Positions 26,414 through 35,144 of a stretch of DNA of 45,670 nucleotides are shown piece after piece. The position numbers and the translations under genes were made by a program. Position 1 is the stretch's first letter. Each line of letters begins with the position of its first letter. The notes under the pieces are model-generated. The model was not told the DNA's origin and did not search any database. It saw only the letters and a list, made by a program, of their open reading frames with translations. Source of the stretch: Acidimicrobiaceae bacterium (GTDB lineage: Bacteria > Actinomycetota > Acidimicrobiia > Acidimicrobiales > JACDCH01); the NCBI GenBank assembly GCA_041166365.1, contig JBEEFX010000313.1:1-45670 (forward strand), read 5' to 3'.

Positions 26414-27244
26414 ATGGTCGAGCCGTTTGTCGCGTGGATCGAGCGCGATGTGATCCGGGCGTTCGGGCCGGACACCGTGACGTTCCTGCAAGGCCAGCTC
26501 AGCCAGGACATCGAGGGGATGGCGATCGACGAGAGCCGGTGGTCGTTGTTGCTCGAACCGACCGGCAAGGTCGTCTCGTGGTTGCGCGCCACCCGCGCCG
26601 GCGACGACGAGTTCGTGCTCGACACCGACAGCGGCAGCGGCGACGCCGTCATCACCCGGGTCCAGCGATTCAAGCTCCGCACGAAGTGCGAGCTCGAGCC
26701 GGTCGAGGGATGGCGGTGCCTCGCGGTGCGGGGCACCACGGTCGTCGACCCGGCGGCCCGTCCCATCGTCTGGCCCGGCGTGCAAGGCGTCGACCTGTTG
26801 GGTGCGTCGGTCACGATTCCCGCGGACGCGCCCACGGAGCTCGATCGCTACGAACGGGCCCGCATCGAATCGGGTGTGCCTGCGGTGGGGCGCGAGCTCA
26901 CGGAGGCGACGATTCCCGTCGAAGCCGGGCAGTGGTTGATCGACGCTTCGGTGAGCTTCACCAAGGGCTGTTACACGGGCCAGGAACTGGTTGCTCGCAT
27001 CGACTCGCGCGGCGGCAATGCGCCGCGGCCCGTGCGCGGGCTCGTGGTCGGTGGTCGGATCGACGTCGGCGCGGCGGTCACGTCGATCGACGGTCGGGCG
27101 CTCGGCGAGCTCACCAGTGCCTGGTTCGACGCGGAGCGCGACGAGACCATCGCCCTCGCGCCGCTCGGGCGCGTTGTCGCCCCACCAGCCGACGTGCTCG
27201 TGGATGGCGCCAGCGCCCGCGTCGTCGACCTGCCGATGCGATGA
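26414..27244 (+). CDS. ygfZ: YgfZ/GcvT-like folate-binding protein
   Basis: FLQGQLSQD near the N-terminus, the KGCYTGQE signature, and the aminomethyltransferase-like layout. Confidence 0.75.
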   Translation: MVEPFVAWIERDVIRAFGPDTVTFLQGQLSQDIEGMAIDESRWSLLLEPTGKVVSWLRATRAGDDEFVLDTDSGSGDAVITRVQRFKLRTKCELEPVEGWRCLAVRGTTVVDPAARPIVWPGVQGVDLLGASVTIPADAPTELDRYERARIESGVPAVGRELTEATIPVEAGQWLIDASVSFTKGCYTGQELVARIDSRGGNAPRPVRGLVVGGRIDVGAAVTSIDGRALGELTSAWFDAERDETIALAPLGRVVAPPADVLVDGASARVVDLPMR

Positions 27245-28158
27245 CGCTGCGATGGCCGAAATTCTCCGAGCTGCGGGTCGCCGTTCCGATCGCGGTGCCC
27301 CTTGTCGTGCTGTCCGTGTTCGTCATCCGCGGCTGCGGCACCGCCAGCGTCCCGCTTCTCCATCCTCCGCCGGGGGTGACGCTGCCGGCGGCCGCCGCCA
27401 CGTCGACTCCCGAGGATCTCACCGGCGTGCAACTGGCAGGAGTCGATGGCACCACCACGCTCGTGCCGGCGTCCGCCGCAGGCACGGCGCACCTCAGCGG
27501 ATCGGTCAACAGCGCGCAGGGCCCGGTCCCCGGCGCCACCGTTCGCGTCGAGCATCTCGTCGACGACCGTCCTCCGCCGGTCGATGTCCTGACGGGACCG
27601 GATGGCCGGTGGGACATGCCCAACATCGCCGGTGGTCGCTATCGCGTACGAGCCTTCCTGCCGCCGGCGTTCGCACAGACGCAGCCCGAGGTGTTCTTTC
27701 TCACGGACGGCGAGCAGCACACGCTCGACCTGAACGTCGAGAGCTTCGCCGGTGTCGCGTTGGCGGCCGCGGTTGCGCCCGATCCGCCGCAGCTGAACCA
27801 GCCGCTCACGCTCGTGATCCGGGTCGCTCGCAAGACGGTCGATCCCGGCGGCGTCGTGCGCAGCGACCCGATCGTCAATGCGAGTGTCGCGTTGACCGGG
27901 CTTCAGGGATGGTCCGTGCGGGGCTCGAACTCGGTCGCCTCGGATGCGAACGGGGACGCCACCTTCACGCTCGACTGTCGCGCCGCCGGCGCGTCGCAGA
28001 TCCAGGTCACCGTTCGGGCGACGCCGACAGATCCTCCGCAGACCTCGACGCTCGAGGTGTCGCCGTGCAGCGCTCCCGCGGCCACCACCACGCCACCGCC
28101 GAGCTCGTCGAGCAGCAGTGGGCCGCCGTCGACCTCTAGTGGGTCACCACCGAACTGA
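27241..28158 (+). CDS. secreted (possibly lipo-)protein with carboxypeptidase-regulatory-like beta-sandwich domain and Ser/Pro-rich C-terminus
   Basis: N-terminal TM/signal segment (VAVPIAVPLVVLSVFVIRGC). GATVRVE...TGPDGRWDMPNIAGGRYRVRAF is typical of CarboxypepD_reg. The tail is TTTPPPSSSSSSGPPSTSSGSPPN. ATGA overlap with ygfZ. Confidence 0.6.
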   Translation: MTLRWPKFSELRVAVPIAVPLVVLSVFVIRGCGTASVPLLHPPPGVTLPAAAATSTPEDLTGVQLAGVDGTTTLVPASAAGTAHLSGSVNSAQGPVPGATVRVEHLVDDRPPPVDVLTGPDGRWDMPNIAGGRYRVRAFLPPAFAQTQPEVFFLTDGEQHTLDLNVESFAGVALAAAVAPDPPQLNQPLTLVIRVARKTVDPGGVVRSDPIVNASVALTGLQGWSVRGSNSVASDANGDATFTLDCRAAGASQIQVTVRATPTDPPQTSTLEVSPCSAPAATTTPPPSSSSSSGPPSTSSGSPPN

Positions 28159-29515
28159 GCGGGAGCAGCACCGACAGGCATGCGCCTCCGGCGTCGGCGC
28201 CGCTGGCTTGCACGGTGCCGCCCATTGCCGTGACGAGCTCGCGCACGATCGCCAGGCCGAGCCCCGAGCCGATCTCCTTGCGCTGTGGTTGATGGCGCGA
28301 GACGTACAGGCGCTCGAACACGTGCGGAAGGTCTTCGGCCGCGATGCCGGGCCCGTCGTCGCTCACCGCGAGCCGTGCCCAACCATCGGCGGATTCCACC
28401 GACACGAGTATGTGGCTGCGCGCGAACTTCAGCGCGTTCTGCACGAGGTTGGCCGCGATCTGCGCGAGGCGATCTGCGTCGCCGTTCACCACGGCGGATT
28501 CGTTGCCGGTCACGAGCTCCATCGTGACGCCGGCTTCGCCGGTCTCCGGCCGGAAGCCGTCGACCGTCCCCGCCGCGACATCGCCCAGGTCGACGGGCCC
28601 GAGCGCCAGGGCGAAGCTCCGCGACTCGAGCCGTGCGAGGTCGAGCAGGTCGCCCACCAAGCGCTCCAGCCGACGGGCCTCGCCCAGGATGACGGTGCCG
28701 CCTTGGGCGGGGTCGGGCAGCGCGCCGTCGGCGATCGCCTCGGCGTAGCCACGGATCGACGTGAGCGGGGTTCGAAGGTCGTGGCTCACGGACAGCAGGA
28801 ACTGGCGCTCGACGCCTTTCGAACGTTCGAGCACCTCGGCCATCGTGTTGATCGAGGTCATGAGCGACGTGAGCTCGTCGCGCTTCGCCGGGGACGGGAG
28901 CGGAACGCGAACGGAGAGATCGCCTGCGCTGATACGGCGCGTCGCGGCTTCCGCTTGCCGCACCGGTCGAGTGAGCGCCCGGCCGAACCGCCATGCCACC
29001 AGCGCCCCGATCGCCAGCGTGCACACGGAAGCGATCAAGAACCAGCCGATGGCCGGACGGAGCAGCACGTCGACCTTGCGCGTGAGCACGACCACGGCGA
29101 GCACCTGCTCGTCGTTGCCTTGGGGCAACGACACCGTGACCGATGCGGGCGCGGCGGCGTAGACGAGCGACCCGTTCCCGCCGGTGAGCACGTCTCCCGC
29201 GCGCAGCTTGCCCAAGTCGAGATCGTCCGCCGTCACCCCGCTCGGCAGCGCATCCACCGTGCGCCCGGCCGGTCCGTAACGCACGACGGCGATGCCTTCG
29301 AGGTGCAGCGCCCGGCGCAGGTTGACCAGCACCCGGATCTGACCCTTGTCGTCGAGGCTCTGGATCGAAGAGGCGACATCGACCGCTTGGGCGCGCAGCT
29401 CGTGCTGCGTCTGCTGGCGCTCGCCGAATCGCGCGAGGAGGAGCGTGCCGACGCCCGCGAGTAGCAGCGTCGCCGCGACCGTTCCGAGGATCACCAGAGT
29501 GAGGCGACGGGTCAC
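28136..29515 (-). CDS. sensor histidine kinase (two TM segments, HAMP, HisKA, HATPase_c)
   Basis: H-box SHDLRTPLTSI, N-box NLVQNALKF, G-boxes DDGPGI and GSGLGLAIV. GTG 29515. Convergent 23-nt overlap with the preceding lipoprotein gene. Confidence 0.88.
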   Translation of the reverse strand: MTRRLTLVILGTVAATLLLAGVGTLLLARFGERQQTQHELRAQAVDVASSIQSLDDKGQIRVLVNLRRALHLEGIAVVRYGPAGRTVDALPSGVTADDLDLGKLRAGDVLTGGNGSLVYAAAPASVTVSLPQGNDEQVLAVVVLTRKVDVLLRPAIGWFLIASVCTLAIGALVAWRFGRALTRPVRQAEAATRRISAGDLSVRVPLPSPAKRDELTSLMTSINTMAEVLERSKGVERQFLLSVSHDLRTPLTSIRGYAEAIADGALPDPAQGGTVILGEARRLERLVGDLLDLARLESRSFALALGPVDLGDVAAGTVDGFRPETGEAGVTMELVTGNESAVVNGDADRLAQIAANLVQNALKFARSHILVSVESADGWARLAVSDDGPGIAAEDLPHVFERLYVSRHQPQRKEIGSGLGLAIVRELVTAMGGTVQASGADAGGACLSVLLPLSSVVTH

Positions 29516-29520
29516 GGCCG

Positions 29521-30219
29521 CTACTCGAGCCGGTAACCGATGCCGCGGACCGTCGCGAGCGGGAACCCGTCGCCCAGCTTCTTGCGCAGCTGCCGGACGT
29601 GCACGTCGACCGTGCGCTCGTCGCCATACCAGTCCGCGCCCCACGCACCGTCCAACAGCTGACGGCGTGAGAGCGCGAGCCCCTTGTTCTCCGTCAGGTA
29701 GCGCAGCAGCGCGAACTCGCGCGTCGTGAGCGCGACCACCAGTCCCGCGACCCTCGCCTCGGCGCGCGCCAGATCGACTTCCACGTCGCCGACGGTCAGC
29801 ACCCGTAGTGTCGCCTGGCGTCCAGGGCCGTCGGCTCGGCGCAGGACCGCCTTCACCCGAGCCACGAGCTCGCGCGGTGAGAACGGTTTGGTGACGTAAT
29901 CGTCGGCGCCGAGCTCGAGGCCGAGCACACGATCGATCTCGCCGTCGCGCGCCGTCAGCATGATGACCGGCACATCGGTCGTCGTGCGCAGCCGGCGACA
30001 CACCTCGAGCCCGTCGATGTCGCCGGCCAGCCCTACGTCCAGGATGACGAGCTTCGGTTGCCGCTCACCGATGACCCGCAGACCGTCGCTCCCGTTGTCG
30101 GCCCGGTACACGCGGAAGCCGGACTGGTCGAGGTACAGCGAGACGAGGTCGGCGATGTGGGCGTCGTCCTCGACAAGTACGACCGGCAGCGGTTCTCCCA
30201 TCGGCCAGTATCGTCCCAC
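29521..30219 (-). CDS. OmpR-family response regulator
   Basis: Receiver domain (VVLVEDD, LVILDVGLAG, MLTARD) plus winged helix (LTTREFALLRYL, RTVDVHVRQLRKKL). Start GTG 30219 or ATG 30201. Confidence 0.9.
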   Translation of the reverse strand: MGRYWPMGEPLPVVLVEDDAHIADLVSLYLDQSGFRVYRADNGSDGLRVIGERQPKLVILDVGLAGDIDGLEVCRRLRTTTDVPVIMLTARDGEIDRVLGLELGADDYVTKPFSPRELVARVKAVLRRADGPGRQATLRVLTVGDVEVDLARAEARVAGLVVALTTREFALLRYLTENKGLALSRRQLLDGAWGADWYGDERTVDVHVRQLRKKLGDGFPLATVRGIGYRLE

Positions 30220-30257
30220 CCCTTGTTGCCGGCTGGTGAGACCCTCGTTAGGACTAG

Positions 30258-31052
30258 GTGATGGCCGCTACCTATCTCGACGCGATCCTCGCGGACCATC
30301 GAGCTCGCGCCGCGGCCGACACACGTTCTCTCGAACGGCTGGTGGAGGCGGCCCGACAGCAGCCCCCGACGCGGGGATTCGGGGCGGCGTTGGCTGATGG
30401 TTTCTCGGTGATCGCCGAAGTGAAGCGGCGCTCGCCGTCGAAAGGGGCAATCGATGCGGATCTCGACCCCGCCGATCTGGCCGCGGCCTACGAGCGCGGT
30501 GGAGCGGCCTGTGTGTCTGTGCTGACCGACACCGACCACTTCGGTGGGTCGCCGGCCGATCTGCGCGCCGCGCGCGCCGCCATCGACCTGCCTGTGCTGC
30601 GCAAGGACTTCACCGTCTCCGCGTCCGACGTGTGCGACGCGCGGATCATGGGCGCCGATGCCGTGCTGCTCATCGTCGCTGCGCTCGACGACGCGAAGCT
30701 CGCGGACCTTCACGCACTCGCGGGGGAGATCGGGCTCGACGTGCTCGTCGAGGTGCACGACGAACCCGAACTGGAGCGCGCGCTTCGCGCCGACGCCACC
30801 ATCATCGGCGTGAACCAGCGCGACCTCGCCACCTTCGCGGTCGACACGAACCGCGCCGCTCGAATGGCGCCGCGCATACCAGCGGGTGTCCTCCGGGTCG
30901 CGGAGTCGGGAATCGGCGGGCCCGCCGATGCCGTGCCCCTCGTGACCGCCGGGTATCACGCAGTCTTGGTGGGCGAGAGCCTGGTCCGCTCGGCTGATCC
31001 AGCGGCCGCGGTGGCCGCATTGCGTGCGGTTGGTCGAGAGGCCGACCAGTAG
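30258..31052 (+). CDS. trpC: indole-3-glycerol phosphate synthase
   Basis: VIAEVKRRSPSKG, VSVLTD..FGGS, LRKDF and GVNQRDL. GTG 30258 or ATG 30261. Confidence 0.92.
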   Translation: MMAATYLDAILADHRARAAADTRSLERLVEAARQQPPTRGFGAALADGFSVIAEVKRRSPSKGAIDADLDPADLAAAYERGGAACVSVLTDTDHFGGSPADLRAARAAIDLPVLRKDFTVSASDVCDARIMGADAVLLIVAALDDAKLADLHALAGEIGLDVLVEVHDEPELERALRADATIIGVNQRDLATFAVDTNRAARMAPRIPAGVLRVAESGIGGPADAVPLVTAGYHAVLVGESLVRSADPAAAVAALRAVGREADQ

Positions 31053-31055
31053 CTT
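31050..31055 (+). promoter_or_regulatory. -10-like TAGCTT formed with the trpC stop codon, 8 nt before the trpF ATG
   Basis: TAG (the trpC stop) plus CTT is followed by 8 nt and then ATG 31064. There is no SD in the 11-nt gap. Confidence 0.3.
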
Positions 31056-31063
31056 GGCGTTCA

Positions 31064-31726
31064 ATGTTCGTGAAGATCTGCGGCATCACCAGCGAGGAGG
31101 ACGCGCTTCTCGCCATCGCCATGGGCGCGGATGCCGTGGGTTTCGTGTTCGCACCGTCGTCGCGGCAGGTCGCCGCGGGCCTGGTGCGCGACATCGTCCG
31201 GCGCCTTCCGCCGGAGGTGTTGACCGTCGGCGTGTTCCGCGACGAGTCCGCTCAGCGCGTGGTCGAGATCGTCAACACGATCGGTTTGCGCGCCGCTCAA
31301 CTGCATGGCCACGAGACCGTCGAGCAGACGCAGCTGGTTCGCTCGAAGGTGCCGTTCGTGATCAAGGGTTTTCCGGCCGGCGATCCCGCGCTCGATCGGG
31401 CGGATGACTTCGGGGCGCATGCAATCCTCATCGACTCGCACGCCCCTGGGTCGGGCGAGATGTTCGATTGGTCGCTGGCCGAGGGTGCGCCCATCAATCG
31501 GCGCGTGATCCTCGCGGGCGGGCTCACGCCGGACAACGTGGCCGAGGCGATCGAACGGGTGAAGCCGTGGGGGGTCGATGTCTCCACGGGCGTGGAGAAC
31601 GGGCCCGGCCGCAAGGACGCGCGCTTGGTGCGCGACTTCGTCCGCAACGCCAAGGCCGCCGCCCCCCGCCGCTACCGGGGCGACGAGGACGAGCGCCCGT
31701 TCGATTGGCAGGAGGACGACTTTTGA
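31064..31726 (+). CDS. trpF: phosphoribosylanthranilate isomerase with ~20-aa acidic C-terminal extension
   Basis: [31 protein letters not shown] and GVDVSTGVE. The extra tail is [21 protein letters not shown]. Confidence 0.88.
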   Translation: MFVKICGITSEEDALLAIAMGADAVGFVFAPSSRQVAAGLVRDIVRRLPPEVLTVGVFRDESAQRVVEIVNTIGLRAAQLHGHETVEQTQLVRSKVPFVIKGFPAGDPALDRADDFGAHAILIDSHAPGSGEMFDWSLAEGAPINRRVILAGGLTPDNVAEAIERVKPWGVDVSTGVENGPGRKDARLVRDFVRNAKAAAPRRYRGDEDERPFDWQEDDF

Positions 31727-31740
31727 CGTCCGCCGACGTG

Positions 31741-32907
31741 ATGGGGGAGCCCACGCCCGAAGGCCGCTTCGGCCGGTTCGGCGGCCGCTTCGTGCCCGAG
31801 ACCCTCGTGCCCGCGTGCGGCGAGCTGGAGCGGGCGTTTCGCGCCGCGTGGGGCGATCCGGCCTTCCGCACCCAGCTGGACGACCTGTTGCGCGACTACG
31901 CCGGCCGTCCCTCCCCCCTCACGGAGTGCCATCGCCTGTCGGCGAAGCTCGGCCTCCGCCTGCTCCTCAAGCGGGAGGACCTCAACCACACCGGGTCGCA
32001 CAAGATCAACAACGTCCTCGGGCAAGCGCTCCTCGCGCAGCGCATGGGCAAGACACGACTCGTGGCGGAGACGGGCGCAGGCCAGCACGGGGTCGCCACC
32101 GCCACCGCGGCCGCGCTGCTCGGCATGGAGTGCGTCGTCTACATGGGCGAAGTCGACATGAAACGCCAAGAGCTCAACGTGTTCCGCATGCATCTGCTCG
32201 GCGCGGAGGTGCGCGCCGCGGTGTCCGGCAGCCGCACGCTCAAGGACGCGATCAACGAAGCGCTGCGCGACTGGGTGGCCACCGTCGAGTCGACGCACTA
32301 CTGCCTCGGTTCGGTCATGGGCCCGCATCCGTATCCGTGGATGGTGCGCGAGCTGCAGCGCGTGATCGGCAGCGAGGCGCGCGAGCAGTGCCGCTCGTTG
32401 CTCGATGGGCGCGATCCGGACGTCGTCACGGCCTGTGTTGGCGGTGGCTCCAACGCCGCCGGCATCTTCAGCGGTTTCGCGGAACTGCCCGACGTGGAGC
32501 TCGTCGGCGTCGAGCCGGCCGGCGGCGCCGCGGTCGGACACGGCGTGCCCGGTGTCGTCCACGGTTCGCTCAGCTTCCTGTTGCAGGACGAGTGGGGACA
32601 GGTGCTCGAAGCCGAGTCGATCTCTGCGGGGCTCGACTATCCCGGCGTCGGCCCCGAGCACGCGCACCTGAACGATCTCGGCCGCGCGCGGTACGTCGCC
32701 GTCACCGACACACAAGTGCTCGAGGCGTTCGCGTTGATGTCACGGTCGGAAGGCATCATCCCCGCCCTCGAGCCCGCGCACGCGCTGGCCTGGGTGGTGT
32801 CGGCCCAGAAGGACCTCGCGGGCAAGACCGTGCTGCTCAACATGAGCGGACGGGGTGACAAGGACGTCCAGCAGGTGAGCGACATCGTGGGCAACACCCT
32901 TGGGTGA
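31741..32907 (+). CDS. trpB: tryptophan synthase beta chain
   Basis: [30 protein letters not shown] (PLP Lys), ETGAGQHG and GGGSNA. ATG 31741. In-frame alternatives are GTG 31738 and TTG 31723 (a TTGA overlap with the trpF stop). Confidence 0.9.
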   Translation: MGEPTPEGRFGRFGGRFVPETLVPACGELERAFRAAWGDPAFRTQLDDLLRDYAGRPSPLTECHRLSAKLGLRLLLKREDLNHTGSHKINNVLGQALLAQRMGKTRLVAETGAGQHGVATATAAALLGMECVVYMGEVDMKRQELNVFRMHLLGAEVRAAVSGSRTLKDAINEALRDWVATVESTHYCLGSVMGPHPYPWMVRELQRVIGSEAREQCRSLLDGRDPDVVTACVGGGSNAAGIFSGFAELPDVELVGVEPAGGAAVGHGVPGVVHGSLSFLLQDEWGQVLEAESISAGLDYPGVGPEHAHLNDLGRARYVAVTDTQVLEAFALMSRSEGIIPALEPAHALAWVVSAQKDLAGKTVLLNMSGRGDKDVQQVSDIVGNTLG

Positions 32908-33682
32908 GCTCGAAGCGACCCTGCGGGCGGCCCGGGAGCGCGGCCGCAAGCTGCTCGTGCCGTACGTCACCGGGGGCTTCGGCGACGACTGGACGGACGT
33001 CGTGCGCGCCGTCGCCGCGGCTGGGGCCGACGCGATCGAGATCGGCATCCCGTTCTCCGATCCGGTGATGGACGGCCCGACGATCCAAGAGGCATCCGAG
33101 CGCGCTCTCGCCGCCGGCGTGACGCCACAATCAGTGCTCGACGGCCTGCGAGCGCTTGATGCCGGTGTGCCGCTCGCGGTGATGACCTACTACAACATCG
33201 CGTTCCACATGGGCCACGAGCGCTTTGCGCGTTCACTCGTCGATGTCGGGGTGTCCGCCGCGATCCTGCCGGATCTTCCCCTCGAAGAGGCCGGACCGTG
33301 GTGCGCAGTCGCCGACGACGCGGGGGTCGAGACCGTGATGCTCGCCGCGCCCACCGCTCCGGACGAGCGGCTGCCGCGCATCTGCGCTCGGTCGCGTGGC
33401 TTCGTGTACGGCGTCGGTCTGCTCGGCGTCACCGGCGAACGCTCGGCGGTGGCGTCGTCGGCGCTCGTGATGGCCAAACGGTTGAAGGCCGTCACCGACG
33501 TGCCCGTGCTCGTGGGCGTCGGTGTGTCGACCGCCGCCCAGGCCGTCGAGATCTGCCAGGAGGCCGACGGCGTCATCGTCGGCTCCGCGCTGATCCGTCG
33601 ACTGCTCGACGGCGAAGGACCGGAAGGTGCCGCCGCGTTCGTCGCCGCGCTCCGCAACGGACTCGACGGTGGCTGCTCGTGA
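32900..33682 (+). CDS. trpA: tryptophan synthase alpha chain
   Basis: [37 protein letters not shown] and GVTG. TTG 32900 is the only in-frame start and gives an 8-nt overlap with trpB. Confidence 0.9.
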   Translation: MGELEATLRAARERGRKLLVPYVTGGFGDDWTDVVRAVAAAGADAIEIGIPFSDPVMDGPTIQEASERALAAGVTPQSVLDGLRALDAGVPLAVMTYYNIAFHMGHERFARSLVDVGVSAAILPDLPLEEAGPWCAVADDAGVETVMLAAPTAPDERLPRICARSRGFVYGVGLLGVTGERSAVASSALVMAKRLKAVTDVPVLVGVGVSTAAQAVEICQEADGVIVGSALIRRLLDGEGPEGAAAFVAALRNGLDGGCS

Positions 33683-34011
33683 AGGATCCGAGCTGCGACC
33701 TCTGCGAGGAGGCGCGCATCACGCCGTGGTTCTTCGAGGACGAGCTGTGCTGGATCGCCGAATGCGAGATCTGCGCGGTGCCGATGGTGGTGTGGCGCAA
33801 CCACGACGCCAAGCCCGCCGACGACGTGAAGGCCGCGCTGCACGAGCGGCTCGCCAACGTCGTGCGTGATCGCTTCACGTTCGAGCACTACGTCGACGAC
33901 AACATGCGCAATATTCCCGACCACTACCACGCGCATGCCCGCCCCGTCGGCGGCTTCTTCGGTCACGGCCTGATGCGCAAGGAACCGCCAACAGACGAGA
34001 GCGCTCCGTAA
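33679..34011 (+). CDS. small Cys-rich protein with HIT-like features (CxxC ... CxxxxCxxC ... HYHAHA)
   Basis: [42 protein letters not shown]...DNMRNIPDHYHAHARP. Motif order resembles the Hint-type CxxC / YEDD / LVIPK.H / HxHxHxx series. GTG 33679 overlaps the trpA stop (GTGA). Confidence 0.55.
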   Translation: MKDPSCDLCEEARITPWFFEDELCWIAECEICAVPMVVWRNHDAKPADDVKAALHERLANVVRDRFTFEHYVDDNMRNIPDHYHAHARPVGGFFGHGLMRKEPPTDESAP

Positions 34012-34057
34012 CCACCACGGTGCCGCGCGCCCACGCCCACATTGGAGTCTGAGCGAC

Positions 34058-34142
34058 CGTTTCCGTCGTCCAGACTCCCCAGACTCCGACGCCGTTTGCT
34101 CTGGGGTAACTCGGCACGCGATTTCGTCGTCCGGATTCCCCA
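34058..34142. repeat. Imperfect ~24-nt direct repeat (two copies)
   Basis: 34058-34081 CGTTTCCGTCGTCCAGACTCCCCA versus 34119-34142 CGATTTCGTCGTCCGGATTCCCCA. Each copy runs from the loop into the 3' arm of its stem-loop (stems 34044-34051/34071-34078 and 34098-34106/34138-34146). Confidence 0.6.
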
Positions 34143-34253
34143 GAGCGGGCATCGGGCAGCGGCGCTACCCGCGGGCCGGAGGCCGCGCAACCCCGCGGGA
34201 CGGGGGAGACCGGTGATGCGCGGAGACCCCGTCCATGGGCAGAATGTCCGTCG

Positions 34254-35132
34254 ATGATGGTCGAGGTCGTGGAGTACTCCGATCCGTGGTGCTCCTGGGC
34301 GTGGGGGACCGAGCCCAAGCTCCGGCGGTTGCGGTGGCGGTACGGCGATCGGATGGAGTGGCGCACGGTGATGGGTGACCTCGTTGCCGACCGTCTCGCA
34401 GACAGATCAGATTTCGATCCGGCTCGGGCCGCGCCGAAGACGGCGACGTACTGGCAGAAGGTGTACGAGCACACGGGGATGCCGTGGCCGGTGCATCTGC
34501 GACGTACGCCTCGGCTCAGTGCCTTCGCGGGCCGAGCGGTCAAGGCTGCGCAACAACAAGGCGACACGGCCGGCGACGCGCTCCTGCGTGCGATCCGAGA
34601 GTCGTGTTTCGTGCATTGGGAGCCGGCCGACACGTTGGAACGCGTGGTTGCGTTGGCGCGCACCGTCGACGGGCTCGACGCCGACCAGCTCGAGAGGGAC
34701 TTCGACACCAACGTCGTCGTCAAGGCGTTCGAAGCCGATCGTGAGGAGACGCGGCGCCCGAACGACTACGTGCTGCACCTGCAGGAGACGCACAACGGCA
34801 AGGGCAATGCCAAGCCCGACAGCGACGGCTGGCGCTATGTGTTCCCCACGGTCCTGTTCCGGGGTCCGGGCGGCGAGCACACGGTGCCCGGATGGCAACC
34901 GTGGGAGGCGTATGTCGCCGCCATGGACGCAGCCGTGCCGGGAAGCTCGAGCGATCCTCGCCGCGACCCCACTCCCGACGAAGCGTTGGCGACGTGGCCG
35001 CTGCTCACCGCGCGCGAGGTGACCTTCCTCTGCGGGGACGATGCCCGGCCGCCAGCCGGTGCCGTGCCGGTCGACTGGGGCGCGGGCCTCGCCTACGCCC
35101 GGCCCGATGCCCCGAGACCCTCCGCCGTCTGA
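34254..35132 (+). CDS. DsbA-family thioredoxin-fold protein with degenerate active site (CSWA)
   Basis: N-terminal VEYSDPWCSWAWG corresponds to the DsbA/FrnE-type FSD..CPWCY motif, but the second Cys is Ala. A GAATGT hexamer lies 6 nt upstream of the ATG. Confidence 0.6.
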   Translation: MMVEVVEYSDPWCSWAWGTEPKLRRLRWRYGDRMEWRTVMGDLVADRLADRSDFDPARAAPKTATYWQKVYEHTGMPWPVHLRRTPRLSAFAGRAVKAAQQQGDTAGDALLRAIRESCFVHWEPADTLERVVALARTVDGLDADQLERDFDTNVVVKAFEADREETRRPNDYVLHLQETHNGKGNAKPDSDGWRYVFPTVLFRGPGGEHTVPGWQPWEAYVAAMDAAVPGSSSDPRRDPTPDEALATWPLLTAREVTFLCGDDARPPAGAVPVDWGAGLAYARPDAPRPSAV

Positions 35133-35144
35133 TCGCCACGCACG

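Noticed and set aside
34042-34257. A 71-aa ORF spanning the structured spacer after the trp block.
   Set aside because: Third codon positions are mixed rather than G/C-dominated, the peptide is Arg/Pro-rich and mirrors the DNA direct repeats, and it would have to start at a TTG. It is more likely non-coding.
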